64,000 bases of DNA from Thermoplasmata archaeon (GCA_034667685.1 JAXDQU010000021.1:32001-96000), one strand, 5' to 3'. Shown: positions 18,018-27,940, counted from the stretch's first letter. A program made the numbers and translations. Notes: a model not told the origin generated them from the sequence alone.

Positions 18018-18260
18018 GTGGGCCGCACGCTTCCGACGTCGCGCCACGTCCTCGACGCGCTGGAGCTCGAGTGGCAGGATTACCGCCGCGGCCTGACGGA
18101 GGCGGAGCAGCGCCGCTTCGACGCGCTCTGGCAGAAGGCGCGCGCGCACGCCAGCGCGATGGCGAACCAGTCGCCGTTGGATCCGATGCAGGCGGCGCTG
18201 CTCGGGATGATCCTGGAGATGCAGGGCGAGATCGACCGGTTGCGGGGCCTGCGGGCGTGA
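18018..18260 (+). CDS. Small PolB2-associated helical protein (arCOG07300-like)
   Basis: MGRTLPT...EW..YRRGL...FDALW..AR.HASA; position between the radA-like gene and polB2. Confidence 0.85.
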   Translation: MGRTLPTSRHVLDALELEWQDYRRGLTEAEQRRFDALWQKARAHASAMANQSPLDPMQAALLGMILEMQGEIDRLRGLRA

Positions 18261-18282
18261 TCGTGGTTGGGCGCAGTCTCCA

Positions 18283-18349
18283 CCAGCCACAGAGGACACG
18301 GAGGAACGAAAGAAGCCGCCTCTGTGGCCTCCATGTCCTCTGTGGCGGG
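18283..18349. repeat. Palindromic element, family A
   Basis: CCAGCCACAGAGGACACGGAGG...CCTCCATGTCCTCTGTGGCGGG. Confidence 0.85.
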
Positions 18350-18384
18350 AGTGGGCACGGACGCCGCGCGATGAGGACGCGGGC

Positions 18385-20751
18385 ATGATCGACGGCTTCA
18401 TCCTCGACGTGACGCCGGACCCGACGAAGGCGCAGATGGTCCTGTGGATCAAGACGCCGGAGGGCAGGGTCGTGCCGTGGCGCGCGCCGTTCACGCCGGC
18501 GTTCTACGTGGCGGGGCCGCAGCCCGCGCTCGACGAGCTCACGACGACGTTGCCGCTGCTGCCGGGCGTGGGCGCGCTCTCCTTCGAGGTGCGCAGGCTG
18601 GGTTTGGGCGGGCGGCGGCGCGTGCTGAAGGTGCCGGTGCGCGACACGAAGCGCCTGATGGCCGTCGCGAAGATGGTGGACGCGCGCGGCGGGCACCGCG
18701 ACCTGGACCTCTACGACGTGGACCTGCGCGCCAGCCAGCGCTTCTTCTTCGATCGCGGTCTCTTCCCCTTCGCGCGCGTGCGGGCCGGCGCCCAGGATGA
18801 TATCACGGCGCTGGACAAGGCGTGGGACCTGGAGTACGTGCGCCCGCCACTCTCGGAGGCGAGCCTGCGCGTGGAGGCGCGGCGGCGCGGGGCGCGCGTC
18901 GAGCCGGAGGATCCGGTGACGCGCGTGGTCCTCGGGCCGGGGGCCGGGAGCTTCGACAAGGAGGGCGAGCTCGTGCCCCATCCGGACGACGTCGCGCTCG
19001 AAGGCGACGAGGAGGACGTGCTGCGCGAGACGATGCGCCTCGTGCGCGAGCGCGATCCGGACGTGCTCTACACGTGGGGCGGCGACCGCTGGGGGCTGCG
19101 GCATCTTGCGGCGCGCGCCCAGGCGTTGGGCCTCGCGGGCTGGACGCTCGCGCGCGGGGAGGGCGAGGTGGCGCAGCCGCCCACGCGCAAGGCGCGGAGC
19201 TTCTTCCAGTACGGCCACATCCGCTACAGCGCGCCCACGTACCCGCTCGCGGGGCGCATGCACGTGGACCTGCGCGAGAGCTTCTTCTTCGGCGAGTCGA
19301 GGCTGGCGGGCGTCATCGACCTCTCGCGCCTCTCGGGCATCCCCGTCTCGGAGCTGGCGCGCCTGGAGGCCGGCACGGCGGTCACGGCCATCGAGATCGA
19401 CTTCGCGAAGCGCCAGGGGCGCCTGATCCCGTGGAAGAAGAACATGCCCGAGAAGCCCAAGACGCTGCGCAGCCTGGTGCGCGCGGACCGGGGCGGCTAC
19501 ATCTTCGACCCGCGCGTGGGCCTCTACGACGATGTCATCGAGCTGGACTTCGGGTCGCTCTACCCCGCGCTCATCGCGAACCACAACCTGGGCTCCGAGG
19601 CGATCCTGTGCGCGTGCTGCGACCCGGAGAAGCTGCCGCCCGAGCGCTTCGTGCCGCAGATCGGCTACCACGTCTGCGACAAGCCCGCCGTCGTGCCGCA
19701 GGTGCTCAAGAGCCTGGTCAAGCGGCGCATGGACATCAAGAAGATGCGCAACGCCGCAACGGACGAGGCGCTCTTCCACGAATACAAGGGGCGCGTGGAC
19801 GCGCTCAAGTGGCTCAACGTCGTCGCGTTCGGCTATCAGGGCTACAAGAACGCGCGCTTCGGCTGCATCGAGGCGCACGAGGCCACCTGCGCGTGGTCGC
19901 GCGAGGCGCTGCTCCGGGCCAAGGAGATCGCGCATGACGCGGGCTACGAGTTCCTGCACGGCATCGTCGACTCGCTCTGGCTGCAGAAGGTCGGGACCGC
20001 GAGCTGCTCCGCGGAGCAGCTCGCGGCGCGGGTCGAGGCCGAGGTCGGCATCCCCTTCGAGCCGCAGGGGCGCTACAAGTGGATCGTCTTCCTGCCCACG
20101 CGCTCGCACGACGCCCAGGGCGCTCCGCGGATCGGCGCGCCGAACCGCTTCTACGGCTGCTTCGACAAGGCCCCGCGCGTGCTGGGGCGCAGCCAGGCGG
20201 GGCAGCCCCTCGACGACATCGCCGGGGGCGCGATGAAGGTGCGCGGCGTCGAGTACCGGCAGGACTCGTGCCCGCCCGTCCTGGCCTGGATGCAGCACGA
20301 CATGCTGGAGGTCCTGGCGAAGGCCGACGACGCGCCGCAGTTCCGCGCGCGCATCCCGGAGGCGCTGGAGACGGCGAGGGGCTTCGCGCGGCGCGTGCGC
20401 GCGGGCGCGTGCGGGCCCGAGGAGCTCTGGATCGACCTGCGCGTCACGCGCGGCCTCGAGGGGCGCACGCAGATGAACCACGGCCACGCGGCGCTCAGGC
20501 AGCTCGCGGCCCAGGGGGAGGTCGTCGCGCCGGGCGATCGCGTGCGCTTCGTCATCACCGACGCCGCGAGCCGCGACCCGGCGCAGCGCGTGCGCGAGAA
20601 GCGGCTCGGGCCTCCCGACCATTATGATATCGAGGCCTACGAAACGCTGCTCGCGCGCGGCGTCGCGTCGCTGCTGCTGCCCTTCGGCTACGACGAGGCG
20701 AAGGCGCTGGCCGCGCTGCGCGGGGAGCCCATGCAGACGTGCCTGGCGTGA
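18385..20751 (+). CDS. polB2: Family B DNA polymerase, PolB2 subfamily
   Basis: DFGSLYP (motif A), LKWLNVVAFGYQG (motif B), HGIVDSLW replacing YGDTDS (motif C); degenerate exonuclease domain. Confidence 0.92.
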   Translation: MIDGFILDVTPDPTKAQMVLWIKTPEGRVVPWRAPFTPAFYVAGPQPALDELTTTLPLLPGVGALSFEVRRLGLGGRRRVLKVPVRDTKRLMAVAKMVDARGGHRDLDLYDVDLRASQRFFFDRGLFPFARVRAGAQDDITALDKAWDLEYVRPPLSEASLRVEARRRGARVEPEDPVTRVVLGPGAGSFDKEGELVPHPDDVALEGDEEDVLRETMRLVRERDPDVLYTWGGDRWGLRHLAARAQALGLAGWTLARGEGEVAQPPTRKARSFFQYGHIRYSAPTYPLAGRMHVDLRESFFFGESRLAGVIDLSRLSGIPVSELARLEAGTAVTAIEIDFAKRQGRLIPWKKNMPEKPKTLRSLVRADRGGYIFDPRVGLYDDVIELDFGSLYPALIANHNLGSEAILCACCDPEKLPPERFVPQIGYHVCDKPAVVPQVLKSLVKRRMDIKKMRNAATDEALFHEYKGRVDALKWLNVVAFGYQGYKNARFGCIEAHEATCAWSREALLRAKEIAHDAGYEFLHGIVDSLWLQKVGTASCSAEQLAARVEAEVGIPFEPQGRYKWIVFLPTRSHDAQGAPRIGAPNRFYGCFDKAPRVLGRSQAGQPLDDIAGGAMKVRGVEYRQDSCPPVLAWMQHDMLEVLAKADDAPQFRARIPEALETARGFARRVRAGACGPEELWIDLRVTRGLEGRTQMNHGHAALRQLAAQGEVVAPGDRVRFVITDAASRDPAQRVREKRLGPPDHYDIEAYETLLARGVASLLLPFGYDEAKALAALRGEPMQTCLA

Positions 20752-21414
20752 TCATTCGGCGTCGGGCGCCGCCACGATCTCTTCAGCAGGCATGGCAGCC
20801 ACCGCACCCGGCCAGACGCGGCGCGAGAAGGCGCTGACGTAGAACGCGGCGCCGCCCACGAAGAAGAGCGCGAGCGAGAGCCAGGGCGTGACGAAGGCGG
20901 CCGCGACCGAGAGCAGGCTGATCGCCACGAGGCTGAGGATCGCGTAGTGCGTCGCGCGGATCGCCGCGTCGGAGAGGTCGGGCCCCACGAGGCGGCGGCC
21001 CGCGGTCACGTAGCTCCAGCGCGCCCAGAGGCAGAGGAAGTAGACCAGCGCCGAGAGCGCGGGGACCATGACGCCCAGAGGCGTGCCGAGGTTCTGGCCG
21101 AAGAGGCGCGCGGCGAAGGGCTGCAGCGTCGCGACGAAGAGAAGCGGCAGGTTGAGCAGCGCGAGGTTGCGGTCCATCCTGCGCACGTAGCGCAGGTCGA
21201 CGTGGAACGCGTACCAGAGCGTGCCCAGCAGGCCGAACGTCGTGACGTAGGCGAAGAACGCCGGCCACTGGCCGCGCAGGTTCTCCAGCACGTCGCCCAT
21301 CTGGCCGGTGGGCGCGAAGGGGGCGACGGCGAGCAGCGTCATCGAGAAGCCGAACACGTTGTCGCCGATGCTCTTCACGCTCTCCAGCGAGAGCGGGAGG
21401 TAGCGCTGCGTCAT
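20752..21414 (-). CDS. TMEM175-family (DUF1211) channel-like membrane protein
   Basis: IGDNVFGFSMTLL N-terminal helix, W..FH, LLNL..L..PF; 6 TM segments. Confidence 0.75.
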   Translation of the reverse strand: MTQRYLPLSLESVKSIGDNVFGFSMTLLAVAPFAPTGQMGDVLENLRGQWPAFFAYVTTFGLLGTLWYAFHVDLRYVRRMDRNLALLNLPLLFVATLQPFAARLFGQNLGTPLGVMVPALSALVYFLCLWARWSYVTAGRRLVGPDLSDAAIRATHYAILSLVAISLLSVAAAFVTPWLSLALFFVGGAAFYVSAFSRRVWPGAVAAMPAEEIVAAPDAE

Positions 21415-22712
21415 CCCCGCGGCGCCTCCGGCGCGACGAAGCGGCCCGCGCCCGCAGGGCCCACGAGCCTGCCTTCCTCGACCACGAGCGATCCGCGCAG
21501 CGCGACGTGCGTGGGGAAGACGGCCGGCATCCCCTCGAAGGGCGTCCAGCCGGCGCGGCTCGCCATCTCGGAGGCGCGGACCGGGCGCTCGGCGGCCAGG
21601 TCGTACACCGCGAAGTCGGCGTCGTGGCCCGGCGATAGCATTCCCTTGCGCGGGATGCCGAAGAGGCGCGCGCCCGCGACGCTCGCGTCGAGGAGGCGCG
21701 GCAGCGCGATCCGGCCCCGCTTCGCGAAGGGGAGCAGGACCGGAAGGAGGGTCTGCACGCCGGGCACGCCGGAGGGGCAGCCGGCCTGCGAGGGGACGTC
21801 CTTCTCGGCGGGCGTGTGCGGCGCGTGGTCGCTGGCGATGGCCGCGATGCGCCCGTCGCCCAGGGCGCGCCAGAGCGCCTCGGCGTCCTCCTGCGCGCGC
21901 AGGGGCGGGTTCATCTTGAAGCGGCCGCCCTGGGAGAGCCTCTGCTCCGTCAGGAGCAGATGGTGCGGGCAGACCTCGGCGCTGAACGGCGTGCCACGCA
22001 TCGCCTCGAGCCCCGCGGCGGTGGAGAGGTGCGCGATGTGCACGCGCGCGCCGGTGCCGGCCGCCGCCTCCACGAGGGACTGGATCGCCTCGGCCTCGCA
22101 TTCGGGCGGGCGCGACGCGGCGTGGCTGGGGAACGTCGCGTCGACGAGGTGCGCGTGGCGCTCCAGGCAGGCTTGGCTCTCGGCGTGGAACGCGACGGTG
22201 CGGCCGCGCTTCGCCGCCTCCACGAGCGCGCGGCGCACAAGGCCGTGGTCGCGCACGAGCAGGTGCCCGGTGGTGGCGCCGAGGTAGACCTTCATCGCGC
22301 TCGCGAAGGGCAGGACGTCGAGCGCCTCGCCACGCTCGTCCAGGCCGCAGTAGAGGCCGAAGTCGACGTGCGCCTTGGCGGCCGCGATGGCGAGCTTGCC
22401 GTCGAACGCCTCGCGCGTGAAGACGGGCGGCACGGTGTTGGGCATGTCCATGACGGTGGTCACGCCGCCCAGCGCCGCCGCCGCGGTGCCGCTGCCGAAG
22501 TCCTCCTTCTGCGGGTGGCCCGGGTCGCGGAAGTGGACGTGCGCGTCCACGGCGCCGGGCGCGACGAGCCGCTCGCCGAAGTCCAGCGTCCGGAGCGCGG
22601 GCTCCTCGCGCATCGCGGCGATCCGGCCCTCGCGGACGCTGAACGCGCCCCGGGCGAGCGTGCCATCCGGCTGGAAGAGCGTGCCCTTGACCACGAGGTC
22701 GGCGCGGGCCAT
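21411..22712 (-). CDS. pyrC: Dihydroorotase (amidohydrolase family)
   Basis: DAHVHFRDPG, DMPNT, HIAHLST, PHHL, KMNPPLR, SDHAPH. Confidence 0.9.
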   Translation of the reverse strand: MARADLVVKGTLFQPDGTLARGAFSVREGRIAAMREEPALRTLDFGERLVAPGAVDAHVHFRDPGHPQKEDFGSGTAAAALGGVTTVMDMPNTVPPVFTREAFDGKLAIAAAKAHVDFGLYCGLDERGEALDVLPFASAMKVYLGATTGHLLVRDHGLVRRALVEAAKRGRTVAFHAESQACLERHAHLVDATFPSHAASRPPECEAEAIQSLVEAAAGTGARVHIAHLSTAAGLEAMRGTPFSAEVCPHHLLLTEQRLSQGGRFKMNPPLRAQEDAEALWRALGDGRIAAIASDHAPHTPAEKDVPSQAGCPSGVPGVQTLLPVLLPFAKRGRIALPRLLDASVAGARLFGIPRKGMLSPGHDADFAVYDLAAERPVRASEMASRAGWTPFEGMPAVFPTHVALRGSLVVEEGRLVGPAGAGRFVAPEAPRG

Positions 22713-22752
22713 CGCGGCGCGATGCTGGGGCTTCCGCTTAACGGTTCGTCGT

Positions 22753-22863
22753 TCCCGCTGGGGCTTCGCCCCAGACCCCAAACACCACCGAATCCACGAA
22801 TCATCGCGACGCGGATTCGTGGATTCGGTGGTGTTTGGGGTCTGGGGCAAAGCCCCAGCGGGA
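22753..22863. repeat. Long palindrome with terminal GGGGCTTCGCCCC hairpins and GAATCCAC units
   Basis: Near-perfect ~48-bp arms, TCCCGCTGGGGCTTCGCCCCAGACCCCAAACACCACCGAATCCACGAATC. Confidence 0.9.
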
Positions 22864-22990
22864 GCACCATGATATCAAACGAGGCGCCTTCCCGAGCCGA
22901 TCAAATGACGGAGAGATAGGGCTCCGCGAGAGAAGGCGTGTCACGCGGAACCACGATAGGCTCATGACCCGAAGCGGGGGTGGCGCCCCA

Positions 22991-24145
22991 ATGGTCGACC
23001 AGGCCCGCCGGATGCGCGACCTGCCCCTCTCGGGGATCCGCAAGATGTTCGAGATGGCGGGGAAGGACGCCATCAACTTCGGCATCGGGGAGCCTGACTT
23101 CCAGCCCCCGGGCTACGTCATCGACGCCTACCACCGCGCGATGCGCGAGGGCAAGAACAACTACGGCCCCAGCAGCGGCATCCCGGAGCTGCGCGCCGCC
23201 ATCGCGCAGAAGGAGCGCCACCGGCTTCCGGGCATCGACGCGAGCCACGTCATCGTGACGACCGGCTCGACCTCGGGGCTGTACGCGACCATCGCCTCGT
23301 TCATCGACCCGGGCGACGAGGTGCTCATGCCCAACCCGGGCTTCGTGCTCTACCGTCCGCACACGGTGCTCGTGGGCGGCGTGCCGGTCTACTACCCGCT
23401 GCGCAAGGAGTTCCACTACCGGCCGCGCGTGGACGACCTGCGCGCGCTCGTGACGCCGAAGACCAAGGCCATCATCGTCAACTCGCCCTCCAACCCGACC
23501 GGCGCGTGCCTGCGCGAGAAGGACGTCGACTACATCGTCGAGTTCGCGCGCGAGCACGGCCTGCTCCTGATCACCGACGAGGCGTACGACACGATCACGT
23601 ACGACCGCCCGCACGCCAGCTTCCTGGGCAAGTACGAGAGCACGGTCTACCTCAACACGTTCAGCAAGGCGTACGCGATGACCGGCTGGCGCATCGGCTA
23701 CATCGTCGCCGACCCCGCGCTCGCCGAGCCGATCAAGCGCATGAACTACCACCTGGTGGCCTGCCCCGCGACGCCCACGCAGTACGCGTGCCTCGCCGCG
23801 CTGGAGGGTCCGCAGGACTTCGTGCACGGCATGGTCCAGACGTTCAAGGAGCGCCGCGACCTCATCGTGAAGCTGGTCAAGGAGGTCCCCGGCCTCGACA
23901 TCGTGAAGCCCGAGGGCGCCTTCTACGCGTTCTGCTCCTACGAGCACGACGTGGACTGCAACGAGCTGGCGCTCCATCTGCTCAAGCGCCGCAACGTCGT
24001 CGTGACGCCCGGCTCCGCGTTCGGCTCGCTGGGCGCGGGCCACATCCGCCTCTCGTACTCGACCGACGAGGGCACGATCCGCGAGGGGATGGGTCGCATC
24101 CGCGCCGCCTTCGAAGAATTGGCCGCAGGCAAGAAGCTCTCCTGA
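22991..24145 (+). CDS. PLP-dependent class I aminotransferase (aspartate aminotransferase-like)
   Basis: GEPDF, NSPSNPTG, DEAY, SKAYAMTGWRIG. Confidence 0.92.
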   Translation: MVDQARRMRDLPLSGIRKMFEMAGKDAINFGIGEPDFQPPGYVIDAYHRAMREGKNNYGPSSGIPELRAAIAQKERHRLPGIDASHVIVTTGSTSGLYATIASFIDPGDEVLMPNPGFVLYRPHTVLVGGVPVYYPLRKEFHYRPRVDDLRALVTPKTKAIIVNSPSNPTGACLREKDVDYIVEFAREHGLLLITDEAYDTITYDRPHASFLGKYESTVYLNTFSKAYAMTGWRIGYIVADPALAEPIKRMNYHLVACPATPTQYACLAALEGPQDFVHGMVQTFKERRDLIVKLVKEVPGLDIVKPEGAFYAFCSYEHDVDCNELALHLLKRRNVVVTPGSAFGSLGAGHIRLSYSTDEGTIREGMGRIRAAFEELAAGKKLS

Positions 24146-24165
24146 TATCAGATCTTCTCGCCCCA

Positions 24166-24246
24166 CTCCCGCCACGGAGGACACAGAGGTCACAGAGGAC
24201 GGTTCTTCTCGTTCCTGCGTGTCCGCTGTGTCCTCCGTGGCTGGAG
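24166..24246. repeat. Palindromic element, family A
   Basis: GCCACGGAGGACACAGAGGTCACAGAGGAC left arm identical to the copy at 2731. Confidence 0.9.
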
Positions 24247-24282
24247 GCGGAGCTTATCCGACCTTCGGAGGATGTGCGCCAC

Positions 24283-24741
24283 ATGCCCCGCCCCGTGAAC
24301 GTCAAGATCACGCGCGAGATCCCGATGCCGGTCCCGCAGGCCTTCGCGTGGCTCACCGACTTCCAGGACGATGACGCCCAGCGCGCCGGAGCGGTCGTCG
24401 CGCGCCGCAAGGTCGTCGAGCGCAGCGCGACCCGGAGCGTCTACGAAGGCGAGACCGAGGTGCTGGGCCGCCGCAACCCCGCGACCACGGAGGTCCGGCT
24501 CCACCCGCCCGACGCCTGGGAGGCGCGCGTGGTCGCCGGCCCGCGCACGGGAAGCTGGACCACGTACAAGCTGACGCCCTCCGGGACCGGCTCGCGCCTC
24601 GCGCTGCACTACCGCTTCACGCACGAGAAGCCCATGACGCGCGTGCTGATGCGGCTGGTCAAGCCGAAGATCCGCGCCGAGCTGGTCAAGATGTGGGAAG
24701 GCTACGAGGCGGACATGCGGCGCGAGATCGCGAAGGCCTAA
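24283..24741 (+). CDS. SRPBCC/START-fold protein
   Basis: PVPQAFAWLTDF N-terminus, beta-rich core, C-terminal amphipathic helix. Confidence 0.75.
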   Translation: MPRPVNVKITREIPMPVPQAFAWLTDFQDDDAQRAGAVVARRKVVERSATRSVYEGETEVLGRRNPATTEVRLHPPDAWEARVVAGPRTGSWTTYKLTPSGTGSRLALHYRFTHEKPMTRVLMRLVKPKIRAELVKMWEGYEADMRREIAKA

Positions 24742-24754
24742 GGTTCCCGGGGCG

Positions 24755-25441
24755 TCAGGTCCCGCGCGCGTGGCCCCGTGGGCCGGCGGCGGCGTCCGCG
24801 CCCTTCGCGTAGGCCGCGCGGCGCAGCCACGCGAGCGTCGCCACGGCCCACGCGACGAACACGAGCATGCCCAGGAGGCGCACGGCGCTGGGCAGCCCCA
24901 GCGTTCCCTCCAGGACGAGCGGCACGTGGGCGACGCCCGCCGCGACGCCAAGCCAACCCGCGACTCGCGCCTCGCGCGCCGCCAGGAGGGCGACGCCGAA
25001 GAGCAGCGCCGCGCCGCCTTCGAGCGCGTCGGCGCCGCTGTTGTAGAGCACGTCGTAGAGCCGGTACGTCGCCATGATGGGCGCGCCGGCCATCGCGGCG
25101 TCGACGAGCGGCGCGGTGAGCGCCGCGCACGCCACGAAGAGCGCGGCGAGGGCGAGGAAGAGGCCGAAGGCGAGCCGCGCCCAGGGCGCGCCCTCCGTCC
25201 CGGCAAGGCGCTCCGCGAGGGCCGCCGTGAACGCGGCGCCCAGGAGCGCGGCGGGGAATTGCCACATGGCCAGGGGCGCCAGCGCCGCGTGCGCGAAGTA
25301 CGCGCGCACCGCCGGCTCGGGCGCGTTGGCCGCGAGCGGCTGGCCGGCGACGAGCGTCGCGCCAAGGATGCCGAATGAGATCACGGCGAGGAGCATGAGC
25401 ACGCCGGAGACGAAGCCGAACCGCAGGAACGCGCGAGTCAT
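24755..25441 (-). CDS. Multi-pass membrane hypothetical protein
   Basis: ~6 TM segments; ATGA overlap with upstream regulator. Confidence 0.7.
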   Translation of the reverse strand: MTRAFLRFGFVSGVLMLLAVISFGILGATLVAGQPLAANAPEPAVRAYFAHAALAPLAMWQFPAALLGAAFTAALAERLAGTEGAPWARLAFGLFLALAALFVACAALTAPLVDAAMAGAPIMATYRLYDVLYNSGADALEGGAALLFGVALLAAREARVAGWLGVAAGVAHVPLVLEGTLGLPSAVRLLGMLVFVAWAVATLAWLRRAAYAKGADAAAGPRGHARGT

Positions 25442-26400
25442 CGCGCCCGACGAGCGCGCGACGGGGATATGCCGGCGCGCATCGGCGGGTTGTGACGGCG
25501 CGACACGTGCGCGGCCAGCCATGGCTCGTGCGCCTCGTTGTAAAGGACGTCGCGGTAGAGGAGCACCTCGACGCGCTCCACGCCGGGGCGTCCCTCGACG
25601 CTCGCGGCCGCGCGGTCCGCCTCGTCCAGGTTCTCGACGAGGATGGCGACGCCCGCGTTCACTCCGTTTCCCCACGGGCCGGCGAGGCGCTCGGGGAACG
25701 CCGCGGCCAGCGAGCCCGGACCGCGAGCGTCCCCGACGGCGAGACGCAGGTGCGCGACGATCGCGCCTTCGATGCGCGCGGGACGGAGGCGCGGGAACAT
25801 CCCGCCCGCGCGCGCCTCGAAGAGGCGCTTGGCGCGCCGCTCCACCGTACGCGTGGTGGCGCCGGCCGCGCGCGCGATGCCGGCGAGGCTCGCGCCGGCC
25901 GGGGCGCGCAAGGCCAGCGCGATGCGCAGGTCCAGCGGCGTCGCCTCGATCGCGTCGGCCGGCGCCGGTGGGAAATCGGACGAGGTGAAGTGGCGCTCCA
26001 GGCGCGCGGCGCCGACCTCGCGCGCGAACCGCGCGGCGACGCCCTGGGCCGCCGCGTCGTCGGTCGTCCAGACGTGGAGGAACGCCCAGTCGAGGCCCAC
26101 GACGGCGTTGGCGACCTCGGGGAACGAAGCAAGCCGGCTCTCCGTCTCGCGGCCCCGGAAGCCGGACACCATCCAGCCCGCGTGGACGAGGCCGACGAGG
26201 CGCGGCCAGGGCTCGAAGTACGCGCCTTCGAGCACGCCGCCTTTCCCCAGCGCGACCAGGCGCGCGCGGACCGTGTTCGGGTGCGCGCCCGTGCGCTTCG
26301 CCAGGTCGCGGACGGGGAGCCGCAGCGCGCCCTCGGGCTGGTTGCCCTGCCAGCGCAGCAGCTCGCGCAGCAGATGGCGGTCGATGGGCTTCAGGCGCAC
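25438..26400 (-). CDS. Tandem-HTH Lrp/AsnC-like transcriptional regulator
   Basis: Two HTH segments (VRDLAKRTGAHPNTVRARL; LAGIARAAGATTRTVERRAKRL). Confidence 0.78.
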   Translation of the reverse strand: MRLKPIDRHLLRELLRWQGNQPEGALRLPVRDLAKRTGAHPNTVRARLVALGKGGVLEGAYFEPWPRLVGLVHAGWMVSGFRGRETESRLASFPEVANAVVGLDWAFLHVWTTDDAAAQGVAARFAREVGAARLERHFTSSDFPPAPADAIEATPLDLRIALALRAPAGASLAGIARAAGATTRTVERRAKRLFEARAGGMFPRLRPARIEGAIVAHLRLAVGDARGPGSLAAAFPERLAGPWGNGVNAGVAILVENLDEADRAAASVEGRPGVERVEVLLYRDVLYNEAHEPWLAAHVSRRHNPPMRAGISPSRARRAR

Positions 26401-26423
26401 CGGCTTGCACCGGCGCCGGGAGC

Positions 26424-26430
26424 CTTTAAG
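26424..26430. promoter_or_regulatory. Putative bidirectional TATA (CTTTAAG) for asnS and the divergent regulator
   Basis: Centred ~25 nt from both GTG starts (26400 and 26455), consistent with leaderless archaeal transcripts. Confidence 0.55.
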
Positions 26431-26454
26431 GCCGAAGGCTCGTGTCCTGCCCCC

Positions 26455-27816
26455 GTGAGCCCGCCCTTCGTCTCGATCCGCAGCATCCTCGCCGGCCAGC
26501 ACACGGGCCAGAAGGTGCACCTGCGCGGCTGGATCCACCGCTACCGCACGAGCGGCAAGATCGTCTTCGCCACGCTGCGCGACGCGACGGGCACGATCCA
26601 GACGACGACGAAGAAGGGAGTCGCGGACGATGCGTCATTCGAGGAAGCGCTGAAGGGCAGCATCGAGGCCTCGGTCGAGCTGGTCGGCACGGTCAAGGCG
26701 GACGAGCGCGCGCCGGGCGGCTTCGAGCTGGGCGTCGACCAGTTCCACCTCGTGGGCGCCTCGCACGACTTCCCCATCTACGAGAGCACGGTGGACGCCG
26801 ACGCGCAGGAGACGCTGCTCGACAAGCGCCACCTGTTCCTGCGCAGCCGCCACCTGACGAACGCCATGATCCTGCGCGCCAAGACGCTCAAGGCGTTCCG
26901 CGAGTGGTTCGACGAGCACGGCTTCTACGAGACCACGCCCAGCGTCATCACGACGAACAACTGCGAGGGGGGCAGCGAGGTCTTCGAGTTCGACTACTTC
27001 GGCCAGAAGGCGTTCCTCTCGCAGTCCTCGCAGCTCTACCTGGAGGCGCTCATCTACGGCATGGAGCGCGTCTACTGCCTGCTGCCCAGCTTCCGCGCCG
27101 AGAAGAGCCGCACCCGGAAGCACTTGACCGAGTTCCAGCACCTCGAGGCCGAGGAGGCGTGGATGGACAACAAGGGCAACATGGAGATCCAGGAGCAGCT
27201 CGTCTCCTACGTCGCGCGCCGCGTCGCCGACACCGCGCAGGAGCAGCTCGTCGCGCTGGGCCGCGAGCCGGCCGACCTGAAGAAGGTCACGACGCCGTTC
27301 AAGCGCTACACGTACGACGAGGCGATCCAGATCCTCCGCAAGAAGGACTACGACCGCGGCCGCGACGCCAAGGGGCGCCGCCGCGAGGGCATCGAGTGGG
27401 GCGAGGACCTGGGCGCGCCCGACGAGCGCGCGCTGGTCGAGGGCGAGGAGAAGCCCGTCTTCGTCATGAACTGGCCCGCCGACATGAAGGCGTTCTACAT
27501 GCACGACAACGGCGACGGCACGGTCGCCAACGCCGACCTCATCGCGCCCGAAGGCTACGGCGAGATCATCGGCGGCTCGCAGCGCAGCACGGACGTCGCG
27601 TGGATGGAGCAGCGCCTCGTCGCCCAGGCGAAGCGCGACGGCACGCCGCTTGATCTCAAGGCCTACGAGTGGTACTTCGACCTGCGGCGCTACGGCAGCG
27701 TGCCGCACGCGGGCTTCGGCCTTGGCACCGAGCGCGTGACGACGTGGCTCGGGAAGCTGGAGCACATCCGGGACGCGACGCCCTTCCCGCGCACGCCGAG
27801 CCGGGCGTACCCGTAG
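26455..27816 (+). CDS. asnS: Asparagine--tRNA ligase
   Basis: OB fold; LSQSSQLYLE, FRAEKSRTRKHLTEF, EIIGGSQR, WYFDLRRYGSVPHAGFGLGTER. Confidence 0.92.
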   Translation: MSPPFVSIRSILAGQHTGQKVHLRGWIHRYRTSGKIVFATLRDATGTIQTTTKKGVADDASFEEALKGSIEASVELVGTVKADERAPGGFELGVDQFHLVGASHDFPIYESTVDADAQETLLDKRHLFLRSRHLTNAMILRAKTLKAFREWFDEHGFYETTPSVITTNNCEGGSEVFEFDYFGQKAFLSQSSQLYLEALIYGMERVYCLLPSFRAEKSRTRKHLTEFQHLEAEEAWMDNKGNMEIQEQLVSYVARRVADTAQEQLVALGREPADLKKVTTPFKRYTYDEAIQILRKKDYDRGRDAKGRRREGIEWGEDLGAPDERALVEGEEKPVFVMNWPADMKAFYMHDNGDGTVANADLIAPEGYGEIIGGSQRSTDVAWMEQRLVAQAKRDGTPLDLKAYEWYFDLRRYGSVPHAGFGLGTERVTTWLGKLEHIRDATPFPRTPSRAYP

Positions 27817-27850
27817 TCGGATCGTCCCAGCGGCGCGCTGCGCGGCCGTT

Positions 27851-27919
27851 CCCGAGGCACCCGAGTCAACCCGAGGTGGGGAAGGCGCGGGTCCCCTCGG
27901 GTGCCACGGGCGCCTCGGG
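27851..27919. repeat. Imperfect palindrome of CCCGAGGCA-type units
   Basis: CCCGAGGCACCCGAG...CTCGGGTGCC...GCCTCGGG between convergent genes. Confidence 0.65.
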
Positions 27920-27940
27920 GTCGGCCCGCCGCAGGCGCGG

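Noticed and set aside
18385-20751. PolB as a viral/casposon polymerase or novel family
   Set aside because: Motif C HGIVDS and the two upstream partners match the known cellular PolB2 operon; no cas1 or terminal repeats.
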